This document shows positions 1 to 8,741 of a DNA stretch of 64,000 bases, one piece after another. A program made the translations under genes and the position numbers. This stretch comes from Ignavibacteria bacterium (GTDB lineage Bacteria > Elusimicrobiota > Endomicrobiia > PHAN01), in assembly GCA_041694835.1 (NCBI GenBank), contig JBGFRZ010000082.1, positions 52,266-116,265 on the forward strand, read 5' to 3'. The notes under the pieces were generated by a model. That model had not been told where the DNA came from, did not search any database, and was given only the letters and a program-made list of their open reading frames with translations. Every line of letters starts with the position of its first letter. Position 1 is the first letter of the stretch.

Positions 1-1511
1 ACAATGCCTTTTTCAATTTTTTCCTTGTTCGCTTCGTAAATTTTGTTCCATTTATCTTTTGTGCCGTAATACCTCTGCGAAATCGACTGCAACGTTTCTC
101 CGGGAAGCACCTTATGCGTTCTTGCGGCAGGTGGCGGCGGTGTTCTTTCAGGACGTCTGCGCATCTCCTCGGAAATAACAGACGGACTGGAGACCTCTAC
201 ATTTAAAATATCGGTAATGTTTTTTTCGGGAGTTTTTGTAAATTCCGCCGGTGAGGGCGGGGTTGATATTAAAACCGGAATAATCTCTTTTTTCTGGACA
301 GGCGCATAAGTGGATATTTCAGCGGTAAACTCCGTTAGAAGTAAGTCACCAGAGGCGGCCGGCCCCGATGAATATAGGGGAACTTCTAACGGGATAAATT
401 GTTTTTCTTGCACGAGAGCGGGTTCAGGCGGTGGTATCGGCAACTTTCTGTGTTCTTCGAATTTGACGGGATGGAATGTTTCCCGCGTTTTAACGACATC
501 TTTTTTTCTTTCACCGAAATAAACCGAAATACCGAACATATGACTCCCCGACATTTCAGACATACCCCCTAAAGGATACAACATCGCATAGTCGAAAGAA
601 ATATTTTTAATGTTCATTCCGAGACCCGCTGTAATCCTCCTGTAATTATTGCTGCCAAAATTGAACCCTGTCCTCAAAACAAGTACTTCGTTTAACAATT
701 TCTTTTCGACTCCCAAATTGACCGTCTGCCGTTCGGACGATATTACATAATCGGCGGCAAGCAGAAAATCTTTTTCCTCGTATGACGCTCCGAATACATT
801 TCCGGCCGGTCTCTTGTATTTTTTATTATCTTCGCTTTCAATCTCCGTGTGATAACCAAATTTTATATTGCCGAACCGCAAAATAACTCCCAATGGAAAA
901 GACATGAAATCTCTGTTATACGGTTCTCTAAATACGGGGTCGACTTTTTGATAATTATCTCGTATGGGAATTCTTATCAAATAATTTTTGACGCCAGCGC
1001 CGACGAAAACAAAATTATGCGGGTTCCACGAAAAGTTGAGCGCATAAATTTCTTCAGAATAATAATCACCGAGGGAAAGACCGCTGTAGCCTGCGCCAAA
1101 ACCGAAATTTCTAAAAGGTATTCCGAAAGAAAAAGAAGCGTTTGATATATTGCTCCTGTCATCTAGACCAATATGCAGTTTGCTGTAGCCAAACGAGAGA
1201 GTCGTATTTCTAAGAGACGAAACGCTCGATGGATTAAAAAACACAACTCCCGCATCCTCCGTCATAGAAGCCGCTGCCATACCGAGAGAACTTATGCGAG
1301 CGAAAGCAGGTTTTTCCTCGAAAGCCGCATAAAGGCAGACAATAGGCAATAGGCAGTGGGCAATAGTAAAATATAGGCAATAGGCAATAGGCAGTAGGCG
1401 GTAGTAGTTGGCGGTTGGCGATTTGTGATATGAATAACGAGCCACAAGCCACGAGCCACGAGCCACCAATAAACTTTTAAACTCTTGAACTATCCTCTGT
1501 CTTTTATTCAT
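1..1511 (-). CDS. FadL/OmpP1/PorV-like outer-membrane beta-barrel with C-terminal LysM domain (3' end runs off window start; start codon uncertain: ATG at 1511 or internal ATG ~1285/1264)
   Basis: Hand translation of the minus strand is open from 1511 to position 1. The N-terminal motif ARISSLGMAAAS..EDAGVVFFNPSSV matches the FadL-family signature SxGLGxA..ADDA...NPA. The same motif occurs in the ORF at 15423-17057. The C-terminus HKVLPGETLQSISQRYYGTKDKWNKIYEANKEKI is a typical LysM. It is not in the ORF track because there is no stop codon inside the window. Confidence 0.5.
   Translation of the reverse strand, partial: MNKRQRIVQEFKSLLVARGSWLVARYSYHKSPTANYYRLLPIAYCLYFTIAHCLLPIVCLYAAFEEKPAFARISSLGMAAASMTEDAGVVFFNPSSVSSLRNTTLSFGYSKLHIGLDDRSNISNASFSFGIPFRNFGFGAGYSGLSLGDYYSEEIYALNFSWNPHNFVFVGAGVKNYLIRIPIRDNYQKVDPVFREPYNRDFMSFPLGVILRFGNIKFGYHTEIESEDNKKYKRPAGNVFGASYEEKDFLLAADYVISSERQTVNLGVEKKLLNEVLVLRTGFNFGSNNYRRITAGLGMNIKNISFDYAMLYPLGGMSEMSGSHMFGISVYFGERKKDVVKTRETFHPVKFEEHRKLPIPPPEPALVQEKQFIPLEVPLYSSGPAASGDLLLTEFTAEISTYAPVQKKEIIPVLISTPPSPAEFTKTPEKNITDILNVEVSSPSVISEEMRRRPERTPPPPAARTHKVLPGETLQSISQRYYGTKDKWNKIYEANKEKIEKGI
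1290..1470. repeat. imperfect 7-8 bp periodic low-complexity repeat (ataggca / ggcaatag units, then agccacg units) overlapping the predicted signal-peptide coding region of the FadL/LysM gene
   Basis: The DNA shows aggcaataggcaataggcagtgggcaatag...ggcaataggcaataggcagtaggcggtag and gagccacaagccacgagccacgagccacc. On the minus strand this reads as a hydrophobic LLPIAYCLYFTIAHCLLPIVCLYAAF stretch. Confidence 0.6.
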
Positions 1512-1529
1512 TTCTATCGCCTGTCTTTT

Positions 1530-4500
1530 TTATCTCGCCACCACGACTGTGCCGTTTTTTATTTTATCTCCGACTTTCAACTGATAGATGTAAACTCCCG
1601 TCGGAAGCGCTCCGCCCGATTGTTCTTTGCCATTCCAAACCACCCATAAATCGCTCTTTTTCTCCATCTCTGCCACTTTATAGCCGCTCAAATCAAAAAT
1701 CTCACCCGTGACACTTTCGGAGAAAGGATTTTCGAAAGTTACATTAAACTCATCGTTTATCCCATCGCCGTTGGGTGTGAAAACTTTCGGCCATGCGTTT
1801 AAAATTTTAAACTCCACCGCTCTTTGAAGAGAGCGAACCCTGAACTCCCCCGAGTATCTCGCATCTGCAATTAAATATGCCCCCAAATATCTCCCGCCAA
1901 GATTGACCCACTCCACTCCGTTAAACCAGAAGACAGCATAACTGGCGACTTCTGAAGGTGTCTTTGAAACTGCGGGCGACGAAGCAGTGAGGTTTTCAAG
2001 TTGAAATTTAAGAGTCAGAGGTTTTTTGAATCCAGTTTTTATCAATGCCCCTTCCCTATCCATTATTTCAACCATATACGAGAGTTTCGTCTTCTGGTCG
2101 TCGGGTGGGTTTTCTTTCTTTGTAATTTTAACGGAATAATCCGGTCTTAAAATTTCGGGTTCAGCAACAATTTGGAATTTGCCGTTTTCCGAATGATGAA
2201 TGTTTTGATTTGGTTCGCCTGCCACCAATACTGCCGATGGCTCGCCAAGGACTCCAAGTGTATTTATTGCTCTAACCATATAATAGATATTAACGTCAGA
2301 GACCAAAGCGAGTGTCAATGTGCTAGAAGATGCGGGGACAAATGCCACATGGTTAGAAGTAAACAAGTCGTCAAATCTATGGGCCACGTAAACCCTGAAG
2401 CCTGCGAGGTTTCCTGGAGAGGAACCATCTGTATTTTTAATGGGCGCAGTCCACGAAAGGACTATATCTTTTGTATTTGGGATATCAAACTTAAAGTTCG
2501 TTGGAGGCAGGGGTCTTGCTGAAGGGTTTGTATAAAAACTCCAGTCAGTTGTTGGCGTAGAGCGACTCGTTTTATCTACTGCATAAACCCGCCAGTAATA
2601 GGTGCTGTCGACCAAGAGGGTCTTATCGAGGGGGACTTGATACGACAAAGAAGCAATATTTGAAACAACTTTTCTTGAAGAAAAATCGGGCGATGTCGAA
2701 TGCCATAACTCATAAACCACAAAGTCTTCAGGGTCTGGGTCAAAAGAAGATGACCACGAGAAATTAGGCATAAGCGTTTCTATAATGGCCCCGTTGGCTG
2801 GGGAAAGCAGAGAAAACGCCGAAGGATTTTCTTCAATTGAATTTACCTTGAAACTTAAAACACTTGACCATCTCTGATTGCCCCATATATCGCAAGCAAC
2901 TGCCCTCCACCAATAAGTTCCGTTCTCTTTAAGTTCCAGGGTTATATATGAAGTGGTTGTAATTCCGACTGAAGACACAAAGACATTGAAATTTTCATAA
3001 GACGAATAATGGACATCATACCAGAATGTATCCGATTCGGGGTCTGAACTTGGTGACCATATTAAAGTTGGCGTTCTAGTCGAAATTATCCCTGATGGAC
3101 TAACAGGAACAAAAGGGTTTGGTGGCAGATTGACTGCAATAAAACTTCGCGATAGTGTATCTGTTGAACCCGTAAGTGTTGAATGCGCCGTAACATACCA
3201 GTAATATGTCGTGTTGTTGGACAGGTCACTTTGAAATGTATATGAGGTAATATATATCGGAGAAATCTGAGTTTTAATGGCAAAAAGCGAATTCGTGGAA
3301 TAAGTCAGAGTGTAATAATACACATAATCATAAGGGTCAGGGTCTGTTGTTTCCTGCCACAAAAGAGTGGGCTTGAGATAACTATAAAAAGAGCCATCCA
3401 GTGGCGAAAGCAGAGAAAAAGCTTTTGGATTTTCTGAAGTTGCATCAACTATAAAAAACCAGGTTGAGGAATGCGTCATGGCATTAAAGGAATCAATAGC
3501 AATAACATACCACCAATATGTAGTGTTTTCATTTAGCGATGTAGTGACCGAAAAAGGTGGGGAACTAATTCCGACTGAAGAGACAAAAATAGAGAAATTT
3601 GAGACGGAAGAATAAAAGATGGAGTAGGTGACGGTGTCCCCATCCGGATCGATTGCACTTTGCCAACTTAAAGACAGCGTCTGGGTTCTAATTATTCCCG
3701 AAGATGCGAGCAAATTGAAACTGCCCGGCGGAAAATTTACCGCTTTTACCGTAAAACTTGAAATTTCCGATTGCGTCGTCAGGTTATCCGGAGACGACCT
3801 TGCGACAACTCTCCACCAATACACCGCATCTTCCTGTAAATCTATCAATTGATAGTAGGTGGTGAGTATATCGAAAATGACTGGCGGGGCTGGAGTGGCT
3901 GTGGTTGAAGAGTAAGAAATTCCGTAATATACAGTATTGCCGGGGTCTAAATCAATAGCGATGCTCCATCGAAGTGTCGGTGATGATGTAAAAATCATTG
4001 TGCCGCCCGTGGGCCAGAGAAGTGAAAATGGCTGAGGCGGTTCATTCACAGTATTTAATCTAAAACTGCCGGTTGACGACGAAACGGTTTCGCGGCCCGT
4101 CGTGTCTCTTGCATGAACCTTCCAGAAATACCTGGCGTTTTCAGTTAAATTCCACCACGGCGACCAGGATAACTGATTAATGCCCGACACTCTGGTAGAA
4201 ACATTTGATTCAAAACTGATAGATGTAGAAATATAAACATTATAAACAACAAAATCTGCAGGGTCAGGGTCGGAAGAAGCGTTCCACCAAAGCGTCGGCT
4301 GAAGGGTACCGGTTTCTATGGTGTCATTTATCGGCTGAATAAGCGAAAAAGCCGTCGGCGATTCGCTCGTCGCATTTACAACAAACTGAGGGGTGCCGGT
4401 TACTCCCAATGAAAGTAGTCCTTCTGAATCCCTCGCATAGACACGCCAGTAGTATGTCGTGTTTTCGTTTAGCGCGGGGGTTGTCCAATTTGTCTGGGTT

Positions 4501-5168
4501 ATATTCTCCACAACGCTTTTTGGCGAAAAATTGCTTGCGGTTGAATACCAAAGGATGTAACTCGTTATACTGTCGCCGTAGATATTGTCTGTGCCGACAG
4601 GAAATCCACCGGCATTTGTCACATCGCCCCATGCCAGAAAGACCAATGAAGAAAAAACAACTGTTGTCGGGGTTCCTGTGTAGTTGTAGCCACTTACATT
4701 CCCAGGTGAGTTGTTCTGAGTCGCCGACTGGGGCTCAGGACTTGAAGTGTCAAGCAGCGACCAGTTGATGTTGTCCGTCGAAGATTTTATCGCAAAAAAA
4801 TATGTTATATTATTTACAAGAGATGAAACGACTCTCATCTCCGAGTTGCTGGAAGAAGTTGAAGTCGAAAATTTTATCCTGTAGGGGTAAGAAATCGATG
4901 TGGAGTTGTTTGTCCAGTCGGCTTCTGCGACTATTACCCGGTAACTCGAAACTCTTACCTCGTACCATTGAGGCGCTCCTTCCGGCCCACCTGGAGCTGT
5001 CCATTGAAGGGTTATGTGTCTGAAGCCGCTTGATCTTATTGAGAGATCGGTGACCTGATTTGGAACAGCGTTCAGGGTCGTTAATCCAAATAAAAAAAGT
5101 ATCGTCGGCCAAAAAAAACGAACGGGGCGAAACTTATCGATATCCGACAGTTTTGTCCGATGTTTCAT
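1530..5168 (-). CDS. large secreted surface protein (1212 aa): signal peptide, >=8 Fn3/Ig-like ~100-aa repeats, C-terminal T9SS type-B sorting domain (gliding-motility-associated CTD)
   Basis: Recurring repeat motifs PTLxWxxxxDPDxDxxxYxxxxSTxxxF appear throughout. The last ~85 aa, FTPNGDGINDEFNVTF...WNGK...GVYIYQLKVGDKIKNGTVVVAR, match the TIGR04131-type FxPNGDGxND CTD. The N-terminus has a hydrophobic signal-like segment. Confidence 0.6.
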   Translation of the reverse strand: MKHRTKLSDIDKFRPVRFFWPTILFLFGLTTLNAVPNQVTDLSIRSSGFRHITLQWTAPGGPEGAPQWYEVRVSSYRVIVAEADWTNNSTSISYPYRIKFSTSTSSSNSEMRVVSSLVNNITYFFAIKSSTDNINWSLLDTSSPEPQSATQNNSPGNVSGYNYTGTPTTVVFSSLVFLAWGDVTNAGGFPVGTDNIYGDSITSYILWYSTASNFSPKSVVENITQTNWTTPALNENTTYYWRVYARDSEGLLSLGVTGTPQFVVNATSESPTAFSLIQPINDTIETGTLQPTLWWNASSDPDPADFVVYNVYISTSISFESNVSTRVSGINQLSWSPWWNLTENARYFWKVHARDTTGRETVSSSTGSFRLNTVNEPPQPFSLLWPTGGTMIFTSSPTLRWSIAIDLDPGNTVYYGISYSSTTATPAPPVIFDILTTYYQLIDLQEDAVYWWRVVARSSPDNLTTQSEISSFTVKAVNFPPGSFNLLASSGIIRTQTLSLSWQSAIDPDGDTVTYSIFYSSVSNFSIFVSSVGISSPPFSVTTSLNENTTYWWYVIAIDSFNAMTHSSTWFFIVDATSENPKAFSLLSPLDGSFYSYLKPTLLWQETTDPDPYDYVYYYTLTYSTNSLFAIKTQISPIYITSYTFQSDLSNNTTYYWYVTAHSTLTGSTDTLSRSFIAVNLPPNPFVPVSPSGIISTRTPTLIWSPSSDPESDTFWYDVHYSSYENFNVFVSSVGITTTSYITLELKENGTYWWRAVACDIWGNQRWSSVLSFKVNSIEENPSAFSLLSPANGAIIETLMPNFSWSSSFDPDPEDFVVYELWHSTSPDFSSRKVVSNIASLSYQVPLDKTLLVDSTYYWRVYAVDKTSRSTPTTDWSFYTNPSARPLPPTNFKFDIPNTKDIVLSWTAPIKNTDGSSPGNLAGFRVYVAHRFDDLFTSNHVAFVPASSSTLTLALVSDVNIYYMVRAINTLGVLGEPSAVLVAGEPNQNIHHSENGKFQIVAEPEILRPDYSVKITKKENPPDDQKTKLSYMVEIMDREGALIKTGFKKPLTLKFQLENLTASSPAVSKTPSEVASYAVFWFNGVEWVNLGGRYLGAYLIADARYSGEFRVRSLQRAVEFKILNAWPKVFTPNGDGINDEFNVTFENPFSESVTGEIFDLSGYKVAEMEKKSDLWVVWNGKEQSGGALPTGVYIYQLKVGDKIKNGTVVVAR

Positions 5169-5716
5169 ATCTTTATATGTGTGTAATTAAGCCATCTTAT
5201 GATTTTTGAGAATACGCTCTTTTTCTCATTCCTCACAATCTTGAGTGATGTGAGTTTAAGGTTTAATCTTCTTATCTCGTCCTCATACTGCTTGAGAGTA
5301 TTTTTATGGCCGCTTATTGCGACCGATTGAGTATCGATAATATCTTCTTTTTTGTGCAGCACAAGCAAGAAATCTTTTCGCCAGTTTGCGAATTCTTTCG
5401 CCTGAACGGAAATCTTCGCCAACTCGTTTTTCAGAGTTTCTATCTCGTCGCGAAGTTTTTCGTTTTCTTCCCTTATGCTGTTTTTCTCATCCTCAAGAAG
5501 TTGCATTTTTTGATTGCCATCCTCCGCCATCCGAGATAAAATCTCATTCTTTTTGTTTAAATCAGATCTCAGTCTTGTGATTTCGCTCATATACAGATTG
5601 TTTTTCTCTCTGAACAAAGATGATTCTGGCATTTCACCACGACAACCGAATTCATCCTCGAGGCGCTCTATCTTTTTAAGAAGCTCTGAAACTTTAGTTG
5701 CTCTTTGGCTTGCCAT
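5165..5716 (-). CDS. coiled-coil protein (183 aa), E/K/L-rich heptads
   Basis: Track ORF. It overlaps the downstream gene by 4 bp (ATGA) and the upstream gene by ~23 bp, suggesting translational coupling within the operon. Confidence 0.4.
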   Translation of the reverse strand: MASQRATKVSELLKKIERLEDEFGCRGEMPESSLFREKNNLYMSEITRLRSDLNKKNEILSRMAEDGNQKMQLLEDEKNSIREENEKLRDEIETLKNELAKISVQAKEFANWRKDFLLVLHKKEDIIDTQSVAISGHKNTLKQYEDEIRRLNLKLTSLKIVRNEKKSVFSKIIRWLNYTHIKI

Positions 5717-8700
5717 CGTTTCTCCTTATCTTGATTATGGGTTCGTTCAGGTTTTCCCAGAACTTCTTAAACGACGATGCCTTCTTTCCTTCTGAAAACT
5801 CTCCCTCGCCCTCTTTATCGACAAATTTCCTAATCGCCTTCTTGAGTTCATTTATTTCCTCGTCCTTAATTGAGATTTCAATCTCACGGGCTTTGTATTT
5901 TTTTGTTATTTCATCTATAATTTCTTTCAGCTCAAATACATCCGAGGTTGCGATTTTGGTCGCTGAATTTTTCAGATTTTCATAAGCGTCCGATATCTCT
6001 CTCTTCTGAGATTCCATCTCCTCAATTTTTCCGCGATACTCGCTATTTAAAAGCGATATATTTTTCTCGAGGTTCTCCGCTCTCGCTTTTAGTACCGCTC
6101 TTTCCTCTTCTTTCGCCTTTAACTCGGAATCTTTCAAAGACAGTTCTTCCTGTGCGGTCTTTATTGAGTGCTCCATTTCGGCTCTTATTTCACTTAACTC
6201 TGAATTCAGGGCGGATTTCATCTGCGATTTTTCTTTTAAAAGGGTTTCAATCTGATTTCTGTATTTCTCCTCCATCTCCCTTTGAATTTCCAATTCCTTC
6301 CGCCTGTAGTCGAGATGAAGCCTCTCGATTTCTCCCTCTTTCGAAATGATATCGGCTTTAAGTCTGTCTTTTTCATCGTACCACTTTGTGAGCATCTGCT
6401 CATAATTTTTTTTAGACTCTTCGACCTCTTTCCTAAGACGTTCGAACTCAAAGGCATTTTCCATCTCCACTTCCCTTCTCACTTCAAGCTCCATCTGCTT
6501 CCATTCGGCATTCATATTTCTTATCTGGTTTTCTTTTAGAACAATATCCTGTTTGATGTTGTTTGCTTCTTTTTGAGCCGATGAAATCTCCTCTCTGAGT
6601 TTAACGGTTTCTATCTGATAGTTCTTCTTCTCTAATTCAAGAGAAGTGATTTTTCTTTCAATCTCGCCTTTCTCAATCCTAGAATTATTCAGAATCTCCT
6701 GCTCTTTCATCAACTGCTCGGCGAGCTTTCTGTTTAACTCTTCCTTCTGTCTGGCGAATTCATTTTGGACTTCCCTGATTCTTGCGTCGGCATCTTTTTC
6801 TCTGAGTAAAATCGCGTGATTCAGATCGGACACCGCTTTTCTTGCATGTTCAAGCTCAAAACGAATGTGCTCCGCCTCTTTTGAGAGCGCATTACAGCGC
6901 GACTCTTCCTTTGAAAAACTCTCTATCAGACGATGAATTTCCCCGTTAAGCTCCGATATTTTGCTTTCATATCCGCCGATAGTTTTTGATTTTTCCCTCT
7001 CAAATTCTTTTGCAAGGTTTGCGACTTCTCTTTCCGCATCTCGCTGAATATTTACAACATCATTCCTGAGCGACGTGATTTTGGCCTCACTTTCGCTCGT
7101 CAACCTTGATATAGTCTCCTGATAATTCTTTTCAATTTCCTTTATCCTGACTTCGGCCTCCCTCTCTTTTAGCTCGATAGCGTGATTGCTCTCCGCTATC
7201 TTATGACTTGCGTTATCGAGCTCAAAAGTTATCGATGCGATTTTCTGCGAGTATGAATCGTTTTTAGATGATAACTCGACTATATGACTTCTAGAGTCGG
7301 TCAGATCTTTCTCCATGATTTTTTTGTCCTGTTCCAACCGCAAACTCCTCATTTCAAACTCTTTCATTCGCGCCGCGTACTGTTGCATCTGATTTTCATA
7401 TAAAGAGTCACTTCTCTGTGCGTCCTGTCTCAGGATAGAAATTTTCTGCTCATACTCCGCTTCTTTCTGTTCAAGCCTCTGCAACCATTGGGCTTCGGCG
7501 ATTCCGAGTTGAGCTTCCTTTGAGCTAAGTTTTGAGTCGTATTCGGCCGAAAGGGTTCTCAATTTTTCTTCGTAATGCCTTTTAATGTTTTCGAGTTCGG
7601 TTTCCTTCAAACGGACGGCGCTATTAAAATCTCTTTCGTGATCGGCGAAATATACCTTCAGAGATTTTATCTCCTCTTCCTTCTTTTGTATCTCAAAACC
7701 AGATTCCTGGATTTTTTTGTTAAGCTGTTCCTTGTAAAATAATATCTCCCTGAGAAGTTTGTCCTGTTCTGTTTTAGTCTTCCCCTGGAAAAGCGCAAAC
7801 TGCGTCTTCAGGAGAAAATACTCCTTCTCTTTCGCTTCGGCACATTTGACGAGTTCGTTTTTCTCGGTTCTCATCTTTTCAATAAGATGGACGAGCTTCT
7901 CGCCCTTTTCTTTCTGCTCCCTTAATTGAACCGAAGACATTGCAATCTGCGCCTTTATCGCAAGAAACTCTCTATCTCTTTCTTCAAGTTGTTTCAGGAG
8001 AATATTTTTTTCTTCCTGATTTTTTGCGACAGATTCCTTCAAGTCCCTCAAAGCGGCGTCTCTGTCGGATTCCATCCTTGAAATCCTGTTTTCAAAGTCG
8101 TCTTTTTGTTCAAGCAGATTTTTCTCGAATGCAAGCTTCAGTTTCGAGAGCTCTTCTTCTTTATTTCTCAGAGATGTGGACCATCCAAGTTTTTCTTCGT
8201 GCCATTTTCTCTCGAGATCTTTTATCTTCAGGGAAAACTGTTCTTCAATCTCTGTCTCCTGGAAGTCCCTCTGCTGCATCTGTGTCTTTAACGTCTGAAC
8301 CCATGTTTCTCTCTCTTGAGAGAGTCTTTCCTCAAGTTCTTTTATCTTCGATTCGGCTTTCGCTTTCGCTTCCTCTATTTCCTGCTCTCTTTTTTCCCGC
8401 CTGAGGCGTTCTTGAATGTCTTTTATAGATTCCTCGACTTTGGAGGCCATCGCTTCTTCTTCCTTAGACTTCATCATCTGTAAGAGAAGTTTTTCCCTTT
8501 CCTGCTGAAGTTGATTCTGAAGTTCTATTATCTGCTGTTGAAGTTTGGTGGCGGACGCGTCGGAGGCGGGGGTGTCCAAGATGGGCAGATGCTGTGCGGG
8601 CGGCTTCAGAGGCAGCCCGGTCCTTTTGGGGAGTACGGGCGAGCCCGAAGATGGTTTCGGGGGCAGCGGTAGATTTGGTTTTCCTCCTGCGTGTTGACCT

Positions 8701-8741
8701 TTCGATGGCAAAGGCGGAAGTTTGGGTTTTTTATCTTCCAT
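5694..8741 (-). CDS. giant coiled-coil protein (1015 aa) with proline-rich N-terminus (PKLPPLPSKG...PLPPKPSSG)
   Basis: Track ORF. The protein is an almost continuous E/K/L/Q heptad coiled coil. It overlaps the upstream 1616-aa gene by 11 bp. Confidence 0.5.
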   Translation of the reverse strand: MEDKKPKLPPLPSKGQHAGGKPNLPLPPKPSSGSPVLPKRTGLPLKPPAQHLPILDTPASDASATKLQQQIIELQNQLQQEREKLLLQMMKSKEEEAMASKVEESIKDIQERLRREKREQEIEEAKAKAESKIKELEERLSQERETWVQTLKTQMQQRDFQETEIEEQFSLKIKDLERKWHEEKLGWSTSLRNKEEELSKLKLAFEKNLLEQKDDFENRISRMESDRDAALRDLKESVAKNQEEKNILLKQLEERDREFLAIKAQIAMSSVQLREQKEKGEKLVHLIEKMRTEKNELVKCAEAKEKEYFLLKTQFALFQGKTKTEQDKLLREILFYKEQLNKKIQESGFEIQKKEEEIKSLKVYFADHERDFNSAVRLKETELENIKRHYEEKLRTLSAEYDSKLSSKEAQLGIAEAQWLQRLEQKEAEYEQKISILRQDAQRSDSLYENQMQQYAARMKEFEMRSLRLEQDKKIMEKDLTDSRSHIVELSSKNDSYSQKIASITFELDNASHKIAESNHAIELKEREAEVRIKEIEKNYQETISRLTSESEAKITSLRNDVVNIQRDAEREVANLAKEFEREKSKTIGGYESKISELNGEIHRLIESFSKEESRCNALSKEAEHIRFELEHARKAVSDLNHAILLREKDADARIREVQNEFARQKEELNRKLAEQLMKEQEILNNSRIEKGEIERKITSLELEKKNYQIETVKLREEISSAQKEANNIKQDIVLKENQIRNMNAEWKQMELEVRREVEMENAFEFERLRKEVEESKKNYEQMLTKWYDEKDRLKADIISKEGEIERLHLDYRRKELEIQREMEEKYRNQIETLLKEKSQMKSALNSELSEIRAEMEHSIKTAQEELSLKDSELKAKEEERAVLKARAENLEKNISLLNSEYRGKIEEMESQKREISDAYENLKNSATKIATSDVFELKEIIDEITKKYKAREIEISIKDEEINELKKAIRKFVDKEGEGEFSEGKKASSFKKFWENLNEPIIKIRRNDGKPKSN

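Noticed and set aside
310-1145. Small plus-strand ORFs 310-522 and 849-1145
   Set aside because: They are antisense to the continuous FadL/LysM reading frame, which has a coherent beta-barrel-like translation ending in LysM.
1234-1452. 72-aa minus-strand ORF (MACGSLFISQIANRQLLPPTAYCLLPIFYYCPLPIAYCLPLCGF...)
   Set aside because: It is an alternative frame through the ggcaatag repeat tract. The composition is a repeat artefact. It overlaps the FadL/LysM gene's start region.
2172-2522. Numerous 60-160-aa opposite-strand or alternate-frame ORFs inside the large genes (e.g. 2172-2522, 4409-4768, 7940-8404, 11135-11530, 12154-12624, 37479-38249, 60393-60947)
   Set aside because: They are shadow ORFs inside well-supported long coding regions. 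Their sequences are low-complexity or Cys/Phe/Leu-rich and typical of antisense reading of E/K-rich genes.
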